Assembly: GCF_052425735.1 (NCBI RefSeq)
Contig: NC_135765.1
Span: 31,310,001 to 31,374,000, forward strand
Source: Oculina patagonica
Taxonomy: Eukaryota
Length of the DNA stretch: 64,000 nt
Direction: 5' to 3'
The number at the start of each line of letters is the position of its first letter. Position 1 is the stretch's first letter. The position numbers and the translations under genes are program-made. Below, piece by piece: positions 28,601-39,847 of this stretch. The notes beneath the pieces are model-generated. The model ran no database searches and was not told the DNA's origin. It worked only from the letters and a program-made list of their open reading frames with translations.

Positions 28601-31600
28601 GTTCAATCGGAGCGCGACCGAGTTCAAGCCGAAGAGGTAATTGCTTTGAAAGAGAGCATCCACGTGGATAACCTCGTGTCGGCGACGATCGAATCCGAAG
28701 CTGCCCCTCCACCTGTACCCCAAGCCCGACTGATGCCGGACAGTTATCGATTAGCAGCGCCATTAAGCGAGGGTGAATTGGCGTCGTTGCTACTATCGTC
28801 ACCGCTGTACCAGAAGATCGAAGGCATCAAATCTTTGTTGAGTGGTGGCGCTGGCAAGGGAGGACAGTTCAGTGCCCCAGGTAAGGGTTGTGATTGGTGC
28901 TGGCTGTAGAACCCGTATGAAAATGTGGATCGCATAAATTAATAGGGATACGTGTGTGACGACAAATAAACCATTTGTATAACCATGCCATGCAAATGAA
29001 ACAGCCCTACATGGCTGCCACTTTACGGGTAATAGGCTGTGCGCATGTGTACAGGTGTTAGTCAAACCGCGGAGATGTATTCTGTGACGATTGCTGTTAA
29101 ATGGTTTAATTACTAAATCCGTTCATACACCTTATTTGAAAATGGCGGAAACTACATTCTTTTGTTTTCATGTTAATTATCCTCCGTTGCCTCGATCGCA
29201 TCTGCAGAATTCAAAAGAATCTTTGGCTTAAAACGAGGCAACGAAGGTCAATTAACATGTAGACAAAAGTAAAATGTATTCTCCGTCTCTTTGAAATAAG
29301 GTGTATGGGGGATGGTAGATTAGGAGATTTGAAGTAGTTGTTAAAACATCAACGTGGATACTTTTAGTAAGTCAAGATTTCGTATGAGCAATTTTACACA
29401 CAATGAAGAGCTGTTTACCGCTTTTTTATTATAAAATGTAAATTTGAGCAAGTGTCTTATTTAGTCATTTGAGGTGTCTAATAATTCATCCTTCTTTTGT
29501 CCCAGCACCTGGTGAAGGTTATATTGACATCAAGGATGACACGCTGTGGGGAGGGGACGATGAACTCGTCCCAGTTGACCTCAACACGCTGCCTGCGCGA
29601 GCGTTCGTCACATACAAGTTTGGTTCCTTCATTGTCGACTTACTATCCGTCCATTGTCATCATCTTCCAGTCACGCTGTTACTCGCCGATAAACTGCCAC
29701 CTAACGCACACCTACAGAGGAACGCTTATCGCAACTCCTTCTTCTACGACGCTAGCAACCGCATTTTGTACATACGCGCCGAGCGAATGGACAACGTTGG
29801 CGAGTTTGTTTTGGTTCTCGTTCACTGCCTGTCACACATCGCTTGTGGAGACTTGCGTGACGACTCACATCCGGGCTTCATGAAAGAGTTCCATCACGCC
29901 CTGGCTGTGATGTGTGACGACTTGTTCTTCGCGCGTTACAGGCGTTCTTCTGCGCTTGCGCGTACGCTGTCGTCACTTCCGGCTAATGATGATTTAGAGA
30001 GCGCCAGTCGAGTTTTATTGGAGTCTGTGTTTGGTGATGCTCACACAGAGGCGGACAAGTCAAACGTAGTTGAAGGACTCTTAGACGCCAAGCTTTTACG
30101 CGGCGCCAACAAAGATGGCGTGCATTTTACACACGAAGGCATCGTGGAGCGCTTGTCCAAGTACAGCAACTTTGCCGTGGAGTCGAAGCTTCGATCTTTC
30201 TTGGGTGACGTGGACGAAAAGGCTTCCCATGCTCGACTTCAAGGCACGGAAGAGTTTATTGATCAACGACTTGTTGAACTGCAAGGACCACAGGCTAAGG
30301 ACAGACCAGTGTCACGCTACGCTCAGTCACGCGGTAATATGATGTCGCGTGGTGTGTCACGGCAGATATCCCGTGCCCAGGCTTTGTCACGCACTGCCAC
30401 TAGTTTGCCTATCTCTGGAAAAGCCACTGGCAAACCTAAGGAAGACGAAGACCTTTACAAGACGTTCTTGCAGGTATGTTCATGTGATTTGGTTGAGTGT
30501 GTTATTGACAAAGGTAAACTAGCCCTCTAGAGTTGGCGATTCTGCAGTGGAATTGCCCCATTACGTATGCTAACTGTAAGACTTTATCAACAGAAGAGAG
30601 CGTTTGTTGCTTTTTTAATTGGAAAATAACTAACCATCAAAAAAGCATTCAACAAAAGGATTTGTTTCCTTCACGACGTTGTTCTTACTGGTGTTAAATG
30701 ATATTGGGTTACTCGACCAATCAAAAAGATAACAACTGTATTTGCAATGGTAGAAAACAAGAAATATGTGTAAATATTAAAGGGACCGTGTCACGGATTT
30801 TAGCCAAAATTAAGGCATAGGAAATGACCATCAAATTTGTTTAAATGTATAAAATAACCTCTTAAAACAGTGAAGGAATATTTAAATAACACACCAAATG
30901 CAAAAGAAGGTACGGATGGTCAAAAGTGTCGAAGATTGAAACGGATTGCAATGTGGGCTTTTGAAATATGGTCCGGCAGAACAGTTTTCAAAGATAATAT
31001 TGTCTGCTTGTAACTTTAATTTATGATGCCCGGGAGTCACATTTAGCTGCAAGGAAGCTATGCTTTTGTCATTTAGTATCAAAGAATTAATTTCTTTGCA
31101 AACATTTAGTTTCATAGCGAATATTTGGCAAAATTTAATAACATAAGATTAACTTAGCCGTGACATAGTCCCTTTAATAATTAATACGGAATCCGTCAGA
31201 ACATCTAGTATTAATTGGACAAAATTATGTGTTACTGTTTCAAATATCTTATCAAAAGAAATCATTTCTTACAACACCAAAAATCGAAAACAAATTTCGA
31301 AGTTCCGCTGTTAAAATACGATTTTAGTTTACATGGTTCTTGTGAACTTTGAAATTCATTTTCTCTGGCTCTGATAAGAAATTGTTGTTGGTATTAACAC
31401 GGATAATTACTTACATCTTTAGCTTTTAAAAATGGTTGCAATTAACGCGATACGATTTAAATTATACTGGTTCTCATTTTTTTTTTTTTTTTCAACTAAA
31501 ATATTACTCGTTTTCCTGATGGATTCCGTCTCAAAACTTTCATCGAGAGGCAAAGTTACAGGTCTTCAGTGGTATAATGCATAAATGTAATAATTGGTTT

Positions 31601-32031
31601 AACGATTTCTGTTTTAGGTTCAAGTGGACGACATGCAAGATACTGTTGACAGTTTGAATCAAGAATTCGCTCAGCTTTCCAGACAATCTTTGGACGTCAC
31701 AACAAACCTACGAGAACTAGAACAAGAACTGCTGGCTCAAACGGACCTCTTCAGGGAGTCAGCGGAGGGCAGCACGGAACATGCGCAGCACAAGAATGCC
31801 GTCCGACAAACCACCACCAAAATTACGACCGCAAAGGCTTCGCTGGAATCCATAAACTTACAGAAGAGCAACTGTTTAGAACGACTGAACTTGTTCAAGA
31901 AAAGGCTTGAAGAAAAACAAGCACAACTAGAACAGCATGTCAGCAAGCCGGAAGGCGAAAGGAAACAACAAGCAGAGAGAAAACTTCAATCTGCCATGGG
32001 AAAAACACAGAAGAAGAAACCAAAGAAGTGA
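1..32031 (+). CDS. Giant GCC2/GCC3 (ephrin-receptor-like) cysteine-repeat single-pass transmembrane protein with coiled-coil cytoplasmic tail; 5' end lies outside the window
   Basis: Hand-spliced GT-AG exons with consistent phases: <1-1403, 1964-2083, 2964-3452, 4092-4331, 4878-5054, 5502-5855, 6519-7124, 7784-8266, 8894-9141, 9876-10272, 10901-11368, 11788-12231, 12973-13569 (one extra nt), 14324-15169, 15738-15924, 16571-16866, 17367-17517, 18148-18422, 19939-20175, 20774-20971, 21454-21657, 21817-21993, 22765-22887, 23087-23266, 23817-24044, 25115-25318, 25847-25927, 26402-26755, 27436-27598, 28203-28880, 29506-30473, 31618-32031 (TGA). About 3,995 codons in total. Confidence 0.85.
2730..2866 (+). 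mobile_element. SINE 3' body fragment
   Basis: GTGCCTCTCTCCAC...CATCCAGGGGGAGTAGAAATA.TCCTAG...GCAGACTTTACC resembles a cnidarian SINE core as recalled. Confidence 0.5.
3567..3781. mobile_element. PIF/Harbinger-like MITE
   Basis: TIR GGCCTGGTTCACACTA with TTA target duplication on both sides. Confidence 0.8.
4388..4640. mobile_element. CATAG-ended MITE (related copy at about 13646-13935)
   Basis: About 38-bp imperfect TIR CATAGTTAATAGAG...GAAGCCCGGCAAA. Confidence 0.7.
5070..5365 (-). mobile_element. 3' fragment of an RTE-like LINE
   Basis: Minus strand encodes WIGHVLR...KRVLEW..GKQKR.RP, then ...LVEDLCSTRNKED and a TAAG-repeat tail. Confidence 0.6.
14324..15924 (+). CDS. Juxtamembrane and transmembrane exons of the giant gene (polybasic furin-type site, beta-rich domain, single TM helix)
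   Basis: Exon 14324-15169 contains QSARRRRRAVD. Exon 15738-15924 encodes WAVIWGMTVFMLVCIIMLVIAVIIW followed by basic RPRSIGR (positive-inside rule). Confidence 0.85.
15196..15346. repeat. About 150-bp foldback palindrome (MITE-like)
   Basis: AATTCAGCTT.ATAACGAGGCCTAGAGGACACAAACAAAAG followed by its reverse complement. Confidence 0.75.
16571..32031 (+). CDS. Cytoplasmic exons of the giant gene: long E/K/Q/R-rich coiled coil, globular zincin-like domain (exon 29506-30473) and terminal coiled coil
   Basis: Heptad-rich ORFs 19960..20184, 21463..21675, 23853..24293, 25046..25375, 26354..26848, 28142..28909 and 31624..32031 splice in frame; ORF 29469..30530 has globular composition. Confidence 0.85.
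16893..17281. mobile_element. TTAA-flanked non-autonomous DNA transposon (Kolobok-like)
   Basis: TTAA|AGGGGCTTTGTCACGG...CCGTGACATAGCTTCT|TTAA; homologous copies at 24454-25024, about 25438-25692, about 27735-28060 and about 22043-22145, with a related TIR pair at about 30781-31173. Confidence 0.75.
17555..18045 (+). mobile_element. Penelope-like GIY-YIG endonuclease relic, split by a MITE and preceded by an inverted copy of part of itself
   Basis: Joins across the MITE as VYHFNCDLCEADY|IGYSCRHLHQRIEEHRGSAIGRHIKEQHG...KKCQNKLECLIF; 17555-17595 is the reverse complement of about 17981-18021. Confidence 0.7.
17656..17878. mobile_element. MITE with TACCTTATTAxAGGAAATTAACGCTT terminal inverted repeats (TA at both ends)
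   Basis: The two ends are reverse complements; inserted inside the GIY-YIG relic. Confidence 0.75.
18625..18926. mobile_element. CCCGGG-ended MITE with 9-bp TSD
   Basis: TIR CCCGGGGGGACTCCCATATCAAA; TSD GGTGCTATT on both sides. Confidence 0.8.
21700..21812 (+). repeat. ~21-bp tandem minisatellite filling a short intron
   Basis: Units like CTTCTTACCTTGTCACGCAACT repeated 4-5 times up to the acceptor at 21816. Confidence 0.7.
22145..22686. repeat. Compound (GTT)n microsatellite with GGAACT/GTACT interruptions and a ~65-nt poly-T
   Basis: Directly visible; it generates the low-complexity L/C/V/F ORFs. Confidence 0.95.
23424..23693. mobile_element. Foldback MITE CATTCTCGTC...GACGAGAATG
   Basis: Long imperfect TIRs; 9-bp TSD AATTACTGG/AATCACTGG (1 mismatch). 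Confidence 0.7.
24454..25024. mobile_element. Second TTAA-flanked Kolobok-like copy, with a nested element at about 24541-24767
   Basis: Same TIRs and internal sequence as 16893-17281; the nested insert is homologous to about 60888-61152. Confidence 0.7.
26817..27001. mobile_element. TAGCC...GGCTA foldback MITE
   Basis: Near-complete hairpin; 9-bp TSD TTAGTTCAG. Confidence 0.78.
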
Positions 32032-33113
32032 ACATAGCGTAACACTTTCTACTTTTTGTACTTTCGTATTTTTTAACGTGTTATTTATTTGCATTGATTG
32101 CAAAAAAATATATTTAATTGTGTAGGCTGAATACGGAGAGATGACACATCACGCAATGTTAACTTGACGTCGAAGAGAACTATTTTTCTAATATTTTTGT
32201 ACGCCATTAATCCGTAGATGTAGTTAGTTTATAATTGTAGGTCAGATACATTTTTTGTGGCAATAATAGATTGCTCTTATTCAAAATGGTCATGTTTCGG
32301 ACATCGAGAAACATGGAGATATTTAATTCACCTAAAAACGTGGTACGTTTTTTCTTATTTAACACTTTGCCAACGAACTGTGTTCAACTTACAAATTAAG
32401 TTTTATTAAGTTGATTTATTTTTACCAATTGTATTATAGCCTACAGAAGAGTTAGCCTTTTCAACGTAGTATTTTGTATTGATTTTAGAAAAAGATCGGT
32501 TTTGTTTTTGAACTAAAGAAACTCAGTGTAATATAAATTATTAATTGCAAAGAGCTTGAATTAAAAGTAGTTTTGTAAAAAAAATTACCAATTTGCCTAT
32601 TTCTATCGGACTGAATAACACAACTGCTAAGTTTTTTAAAATAATTTTTATTTTAGTCCACATACGCGCGCAAACTTACTTGCCATTCGATTAGACTATT
32701 GTACATCTCTTAAAATAAAGGGAGGGCAGGTTTCTGTACAGGAAAAGAACTTGATCATTTGACCTTTGAAGTATAGTATTGATCTTTGAGCAATGATCTT
32801 GATTTTAACAAAATCGAAAACTGAAGGAGGTGGTTTTTTTTTTAAAATGGGGCAGAAAAAAACTGTGCTTGCTGGCCTCTTGTAGAAACACTGATCTTAT
32901 TTCAGTCCCGATGGCCGTTGAGAGCAAAATTCGTTGTTATGGGGATTCGCATATGAAGGCCTAAAAGGTGGGTCCTAGTCCCCCGACGGCGCGCAAAGCA
33001 AACACAGTATGAATTTCGAGTCAGGAAATGGCTGGAAGTAGGTAATTTGGTGGAAAAGTACAACACCACTGACCCAAATGAATACGGTCTCATTGTACTA
33101 TTCATGGTAGGAT

Positions 33114-36100
33114 TCAGTTTTGACCTCCCCAGCTGTGATAGCGCGCTTTGCGTCTCAAGTCTTCAATGCTTGTTTGTTGGTGAAACTGTCGAGTGTAGTC
33201 AGCCTGGCCGACATTGCCCATAAAACTGGCGTGGTTACACATGCACAGGTGCTCAACGCATCCAGCCCCGTATGAACCATGGGTAAACGGCGCTAATGAC
33301 GTTTCTTGTCGTAGCTGAGTCACGTGACTTGGAGGTTTGTAAGTTTGTGTTGGCGGAACAACAAAACCTCTCTGACTTGAGCCTTCTTGTCGACGGCACT
33401 TTGCGCGTCTGTTTTGAAACCAGATCTGCGAAGAAATTAACGATATTTTGAGTGGAAATTGACAGTGACATGCGCTTTACTGCAAAGATGGAAAAAATTC
33501 AGTCAAAAACTAAACTCACTTGAAATTTTGAACCAACACTTGCCTTACCGGAAAGAACAAAGTTAATATTAAATGCCAGAAAATGGATCTGACATCCATT
33601 CTGTAAAGAATTTTTCAAGTCGACTCCTTCGAGGTAGGAGTGGGGGTGTTACTTAAAATAACGCGTATTAAATTTGACCAAGACAAATTTTAGCCAGCAC
33701 TAAGTAAAGCGATCTTCGCCCAACTCGCTAAAATCGCTCAAGTAAGTAGCCGCTAATAAGAGTAACCTAAAGGTAACTCTTGGATCGTTTTATGCAAGAT
33801 GAAGCGTTCCATCAAAATAATATCAATCTGAAACCAGTGAATAATTGTTTCCACAAGAGAGGGCCCTCTTGATTTCCAGTTGTACTAACGAATTTTTCGA
33901 AATAAACCTGATCTACAATATTTTCTTATTCTACAACAAAACAGTTTGTTGGCGCCATTTTGAAGCATCCATTTTTACTAAACAAACCCAGAAGTCCTTG
34001 CGCAAGCGTCTTACCTGAACCCTTGCTTCTGATAGGCCCATTCTCTTGGCCAGTGTCTCGCGCGTCAAGGCATCTGGGTAATGCGTTTGATCAAAAAGTT
34101 TCTCCAACTCCCGTAATTGTTCTCTTGTGAAATTTTTCCTGTTTCTTGGAGGTTTGCATCGCTGTGAACGTTTAGGTAAATCATCTGAAAAATTAAACCG
34201 AGTATACACGGGTAATTATTACGTGACAATTTTTATATGACAAATATATTTGATCGTGTAGATGACAAAACAATTATTTGTCAGCAGTCCAAAGTTCAGT
34301 GCGCCAGTAATGAACTTTGGACAGCAGAGATACGCACAGAGATACGTGCGCACAGTGCCCAGTGGGAGTTTGGGAGATTGGGGACCACATATGCTGACGC
34401 AATATTTGCCACATTTTATGTGACGAGTCGATCTTCACGAGCAATATTTGTATGTGACAACTTTTATTTATCACATAAGAGCTAACACGCCAGCTTGTCA
34501 GCAAATATATTTGTCACATAAAGATTGGTCAATTTTTCTCAACTACACCTCGAGCAAATAAAAATTGTCACACAAAAATTGCTCGTGTAAACTAGATTTT
34601 AAGGAAACGAGCAAACAGAAATAAAATGTTTGAGAAGTCTAGCGAACATAACAATCTCTCAATTGAAATTCGACCTGTCAAGACAATCAGAGTTGCCCCT
34701 CTATTTTGCCAAGATTAGAATTCGGTCCACATTACATAAGTTTGTACGAAAAACGGAAAAGTTCGTCGTACACGGTCACCGCAGAGCAACGCGCAAAATA
34801 AACATCATACAGTGGTGGCGCATGCGAAATCTATTCAATTTTTCACAGCATACGATAAACCGGACTGATCTTGTTACGGCATAATCTTCGCGAAACTTCC
34901 GTTGTCGACTGTTATTAAACTCCGTTTTAAAATAACTCAACGAAAGAAACCTTTTCCCTAAAAAAATATACGCCGTTTTAAATTTGGCGAAACGAGCGAA
35001 ATTTGTCATAATTGAATACAGCAAAAAGAATCGGTGAAAATTTAGCGGGAAACAAAGACTTTATAAAGTGTTTCCTGAATTAAAAAAGAAATGATCCCAC
35101 TGAAAACTTCCATTTCCGTTAATTGCCCGTAATGTTGGTGTTGTATTGTACATGTAGTATTAACGAGCTTTCATCCCCCATGCTAAGTCTTTGAGACTAA
35201 GCGCCTTTTAACGTATTTTATAAAAAAGAAAATTGGCCTTTAACTGATCTTGGATGTGATTCATGTAAATGCAACCCATCATATCCCATATATCTTCGTA
35301 TCAGTCACATCAGCATTTTACCATAAAGTAAATTACAATTATCTGGTCTTTGTTGCAAATCAACCAAAATATAACAGTATTAAAGGATCAATTAGCCCTT
35401 TTAGCTGCATATGGAAATACGAATTCTCCTTTCACATTTGTCATACATTTCTGTCCATGTTAATTCTAAAGGCCTGGCAAAACAAGGAAACATGTTTCCA
35501 GAAACACTCGTAGCGCGCGCATGTTTCCCCAATGTTTCTCAGTTTTGCCATCCGGGAAGCATTGTTTTAAGGCGTCAATTTTTGTCTCCAAGAAGCAAAA
35601 TTTGCTTTGCTACACCGAAAAAACATTCCGTACTTCTGCGCAGCATGGAACCATGGCAAAACGGGGAAACAATTATGGAAACATGTTTTCTCGTTTTGGC
35701 AGGCCTTGAGATTTTTTGTTAAATTCAGTTGACATTTTCCCTATGGTCACATATCTGTTTGGCAATGTGTGGGAAATTTTAAATGCTGAACACTTGATCT
35801 TGTTAAATTGTGAAGAAAACAACCCCGACAGTATCTTTTATTTATGTTTTTTCATTTGTTACCCGAAAACGAGCAGCTTTGTCAGTTTTAACTTTATCTG
35901 TTTTCGACACCAGTAGAAAATCATCTGCCAAGAAATCAAGGCCAGTTTTATTACTAAAGAAACTTCTGTTTTCCTGATTGTGGTCAATTGTTGAAATCTT
36001 TGATAAACTTCTATGAAATCTTTGATTATTTCTATGACTGTTTTTACTGACAGCGATATCTTGGATCTCTTGATAAAGGAAAATTCATTAATAATTCGAG

Positions 36101-36903
36101 GCTTCAAACGTTTAAATTTTATGAAAATCGGATTGGTACATTTAAGGCATGCTTTGTGTCACTGCCACACTGATCAAATTTGAATGAACAGAAAACAGTA
36201 AAAGGTCCTGTTTTAAATTAAAGAGTTTTTACAAAGAAGAAGAAAATTAAGAAAAAAATTTAAGAAAGAAAATTAGTGAATAGAAACAAAACGATTAAGC
36301 TGCATATTACGTCTATTAACCTAATCAGGCATTTCATTTTATAAGTACCACGGAAGCGTGTCGAAAATAAATCCATTTTAAGGTGAAGCCTTTCTTTAAA
36401 GAGAAAAACGAAACTGCATGTAACCGAATTAATTATGGCATGAAAAAGACTGAACCTTCAGTTAAAAGGCAATGTATTTCAATTCTGTTTTCCTTTAGTC
36501 AGTTTGTTATATACAAACACAGTACAGTTTACCAACAATTTGTAATCTTAATAACTAGCTTGACCTTGAATGGCTTAACGAAGAGAGATAACGAACATTA
36601 AACCTTAAGGTGGCATACAATTCTAAAGGATCAATGAAGAGCTTTAGTGTTTCTTTAAACCTCCTTACCTTGAACTGTATAACTGGTCATTTCATTCCGC
36701 GTGTCTTCTTTTTCATTGCTTCGTGAGCCATTTCGTTTGTCGCTTAAAATCTCTGCAATGCTGAATGGCAGAGACACTAAATTCGAAGAAGCTGAAGGCC
36801 TATTGTCTTGGTTTCTCGGCTCAGGTTTAGAGTCAATCGGTGTTCTTCTGTTTTCTGGCTTTCCTTTGTCAAACCTCGAAACGAACGCTGTCAGACCCTC
36901 CAT
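33114..36903 (-). CDS. Shox: PRD-class Q50 homeobox gene, Shox-like, 238 aa, 3 exons (36669-36903, 34015-34184, 33114-33425)
   Basis: Spliced homeodomain [46 protein letters not shown]|[14 protein letters not shown] with the PRD-typical intron between codons 46 and 47. N-terminal eh1-like FSIAEIL, C-terminal OAR-like [16 protein letters not shown](E/Q)THYPDA and AKCR(K/R)QE match Shox as recalled. Splice phases sum to 717 nt. Confidence 0.8.
34193..34601. mobile_element. MITE in homeobox intron 1, adjacent to the exon 2 acceptor
   Basis: Imperfect TIRs (AAACCGAGTATACACGGGTAATT / AATTGCTCGTGTAAACTAGATTT) and internal (TG)TGACAA/TTGTCACA repeats. Confidence 0.6.
35471..35705. mobile_element. 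Harbinger-like MITE in homeobox intron 1
   Basis: TIR GGCCTGGCAAAACAAGGAAACATGTTTCCA / TGGAAACATGTTTTCTCGTTTTGGCAGGCC. Confidence 0.65.
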
Positions 36904-39847
36904 TTAATATCAGATGTTCACTTACGCAATTAACTGTCGCATTCTGGCCTTAAATGGTTCCGATTACAGTACAGTTTAGCAGCGGCTTTTGGCGAACATT
37001 TCGCTGTATCAACACAGTGGTCCGACATGCACTGATATTCACCCCAGCGGATTTTGACACGGTTAATAAAACACACAAGCAAAACAATGATATTAGTTCT
37101 TAAGGATTGTTAATTAAAAGCTCATCACTGATTAATCAACTTTATTATTTGCCTTATTAGTGACAGTTTATTAAGCTAAACTTTCGCCCCCTACTATTTA
37201 TTGCTTTGTGTTCTTATGGAGCCACACAGCGCGCAACAAAGAACGTCGGAAAATAATTTCAAACATTATTAAACTTAAATTTCAAGCTGCGATTTTGCAT
37301 AGTCAAGATGGAAATACCGTGTGCTTCCATTTTACTACAGGAAAAATCACTGTGACACTTTCCCGCTGCGAAATTATTTCCTTATTAATTAAGTTCTTTA
37401 CAGAGCTGTCAATGACTTTGATAAATGTCTCACGCCTTTGATGATAAAGATAGAAAAAACAACCGCTGGAATATTTTCTAATCCTGTTCAATCATGAAAG
37501 TAATTTATTTCAGTTAATTGGAGTCACTTTTTTCACGGTGTGAATTCGAGCGGTTTGGGTACAAAAACGCGTTTTCATAATTCTCGGAGCGGCATCTCGC
37601 GTTCCCGCAGAGCGTCTCCCGCTAAATTTCACCGGCTTGCTTCGTAACCAACTGTTTTATTGTCCAGCAAATTTTCTAAATTGTAAAGCCACTTAGGAGC
37701 TCCTGTAAACAGAATTTGTCTTAGAATAATAATAGTTTGAGTTCTTTCTTTATGCTGAAATCTGAAATGATGTTGAAATATGCCAGGGTAGATATTTATC
37801 TAGTTTTTGCCCCACCTTGTTTTTATGGTGGTGAAATAAGGCTTAAAATTAATCTCCACAACATTCAAACCACAAGCAATTAAAAAGCCGTTTGCTTGAC
37901 AGACATTCCAAAATCTATTTTGAACAAAATTTCAAACTGTGTGGCTTGAAATTCAACGAACTTTGAATAGCCAGGAATCAACAAAATTTTGATTTCAAAA
38001 CGGAGAATTTGCTAACTGTACTTAAGCTTTTCTAATCTTTGGCTAATACAAATATGATCGTTTCAACGTTGTTTTTCAAACTATAATAAGGTAATGATAC
38101 CCCCTGTTAGGTGACTTATTTGTGTCTCGTGCGGATTTTGTTTAATATATACGTTCTTTACAACGGAGACCTTTTTGAACTCTTAAATTGCCGCTATAAA
38201 TCACCACTGCGCAGTTTTTTTCTCTTTCAATACCGGCGACTTTTGGTGGAACCACACGAATCCAATCATGGCCTCTGTTTTGTTTGCATTATATTTCACC
38301 GGATCAAAATCTGTTTCGTTGATTTTTTATGACAAAATGCTTTAAGAACACCTTGTATATCCCTTAGAAAAAAATTCTCGTAATTAAGTTTTTGAGGTCG
38401 TCACAAAGATAACTTATCGAATAACTATTAGCCTTTTTAATCAGATAATTGAGATATTTTTCATGCCGTCAAAGTATAAGAAGCTATGTGTGACAGATGT
38501 TGTCAACGGAACTTTATTAATACTCGCCAACAAAAGCAACGAAATGGCAAAATGTGTTTTTAAAATGAAAAGAAGAACCTATAAGGCTTTTAACATGGCC
38601 AAGCTTTTTTTTTAATCAACGTGCACGTAATTTCCACAAGAAAATATCAACTGATCAACTGAGCTGTAAGGGCGGTAAAGTTCTCGAGAGAAAACAAGGC
38701 AAAACAGCCTTCGATTTTGTTCACACGGAAATTAAGTAGCATCCGACCTCACAGGAAGCAAGATTGTCAAGACTGCTAGCAAGATACCATTCCATAATCT
38801 TGATAAGTTTTTAATAGTTTTGCACGGGGATTATTTCGATCAGGGCACGATCAAACTTCAATAAAAAATCAAGAGCAAACACAAAACCGACGTAGCCACT
38901 TTTTTCACCGCATTATAATTTTCCAGTTATCAGATCTAGCTTTACTCTGCGAGACAGTGATTCCCTGCCGCCGTGTGAGAGAAGGGGAAAAGTTTATCTG
39001 CTATTCGATCTATTACAACTATCAGAAAGACGATTTCTTTCTGTGTTTATGATCGGATAACATTTAAGAAAAAGAAGGCTAGCTCGCGCGTGTTAAACTT
39101 TTTAAATATGAGAGAAAGGTTGGAAGAATTCAAATGTTTATCTAAATCAAAGTCAAGGATTAACAAAAGTATTTTCAATTTTTTTCCAAACATTTTGTGT
39201 TTTTTAACAAGCTACGCAAACAGAAAGCAGCAGTTTTCCATTTCTTTTCTGAAATAAAACAACAAAATGTAGTGGTGGTTCATATTAAGCTTCTTACTCA
39301 TAAAAACTGTTAAAACAAGGCTGTCATGAACCAGCAATCGACGTAATACACATGTGAGACAAATTCTACGCCGAAGGGACATATTTAACCCTTAAGAGGA
39401 ATACGATGGCGAAGAGTTTCGAATTCTTTTTCGATTTCGGGAGGACTCATTGACCGAAGGACAGACAGAGAAGAGGACACGCGACACGATGAGAGAGTGA
39501 GGAATGACAGAGATGAGCGGAATCGGTGAAGAAAGGAAAGTCACGGCCCGCTCAATGTGGAACTCTGATATGTCCCGCAAATGACTTCCTGTTCGGGCCA
39601 TTATCAAACTCTTGCTATAGCGTATTAACAGGCGCTGGTTTGACGTCTGCGACTGTTTTACACACATGACCCGGTGATGTAGGCGCCTTTCCGCCGCCTG
39701 TTTTTCTTGATTCATGGCGTTGCAAATCGTGTTAATTCTTACTTTGGAGTTTCATTCGCCTCCAGCATCCTTGGAGCTGACATGTCCCGATGATTCCGTT
39801 TAATTTTTTTTCAAAATTTGAAAATTTCGCCATATAATACCAACGGC

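Noticed and set aside
16571-32031. Calling the coiled-coil part a separate trichohyalin, myosin or EVC2 gene
   Set aside because: The similarity is compositional only; the first exon has a phase-1 acceptor matching the TM exon donor and no independent start.
36940-37240. TAAT/ATTA cluster upstream of the homeobox gene as an autoregulatory element
   Set aside because: The background is AT-rich and I found no clear TAATnnnATTA palindrome; it cannot be supported without conservation data.
39392-39715. 107-aa minus-strand ORF upstream of the tRNA
   Set aside because: No recognisable domain or splice support.
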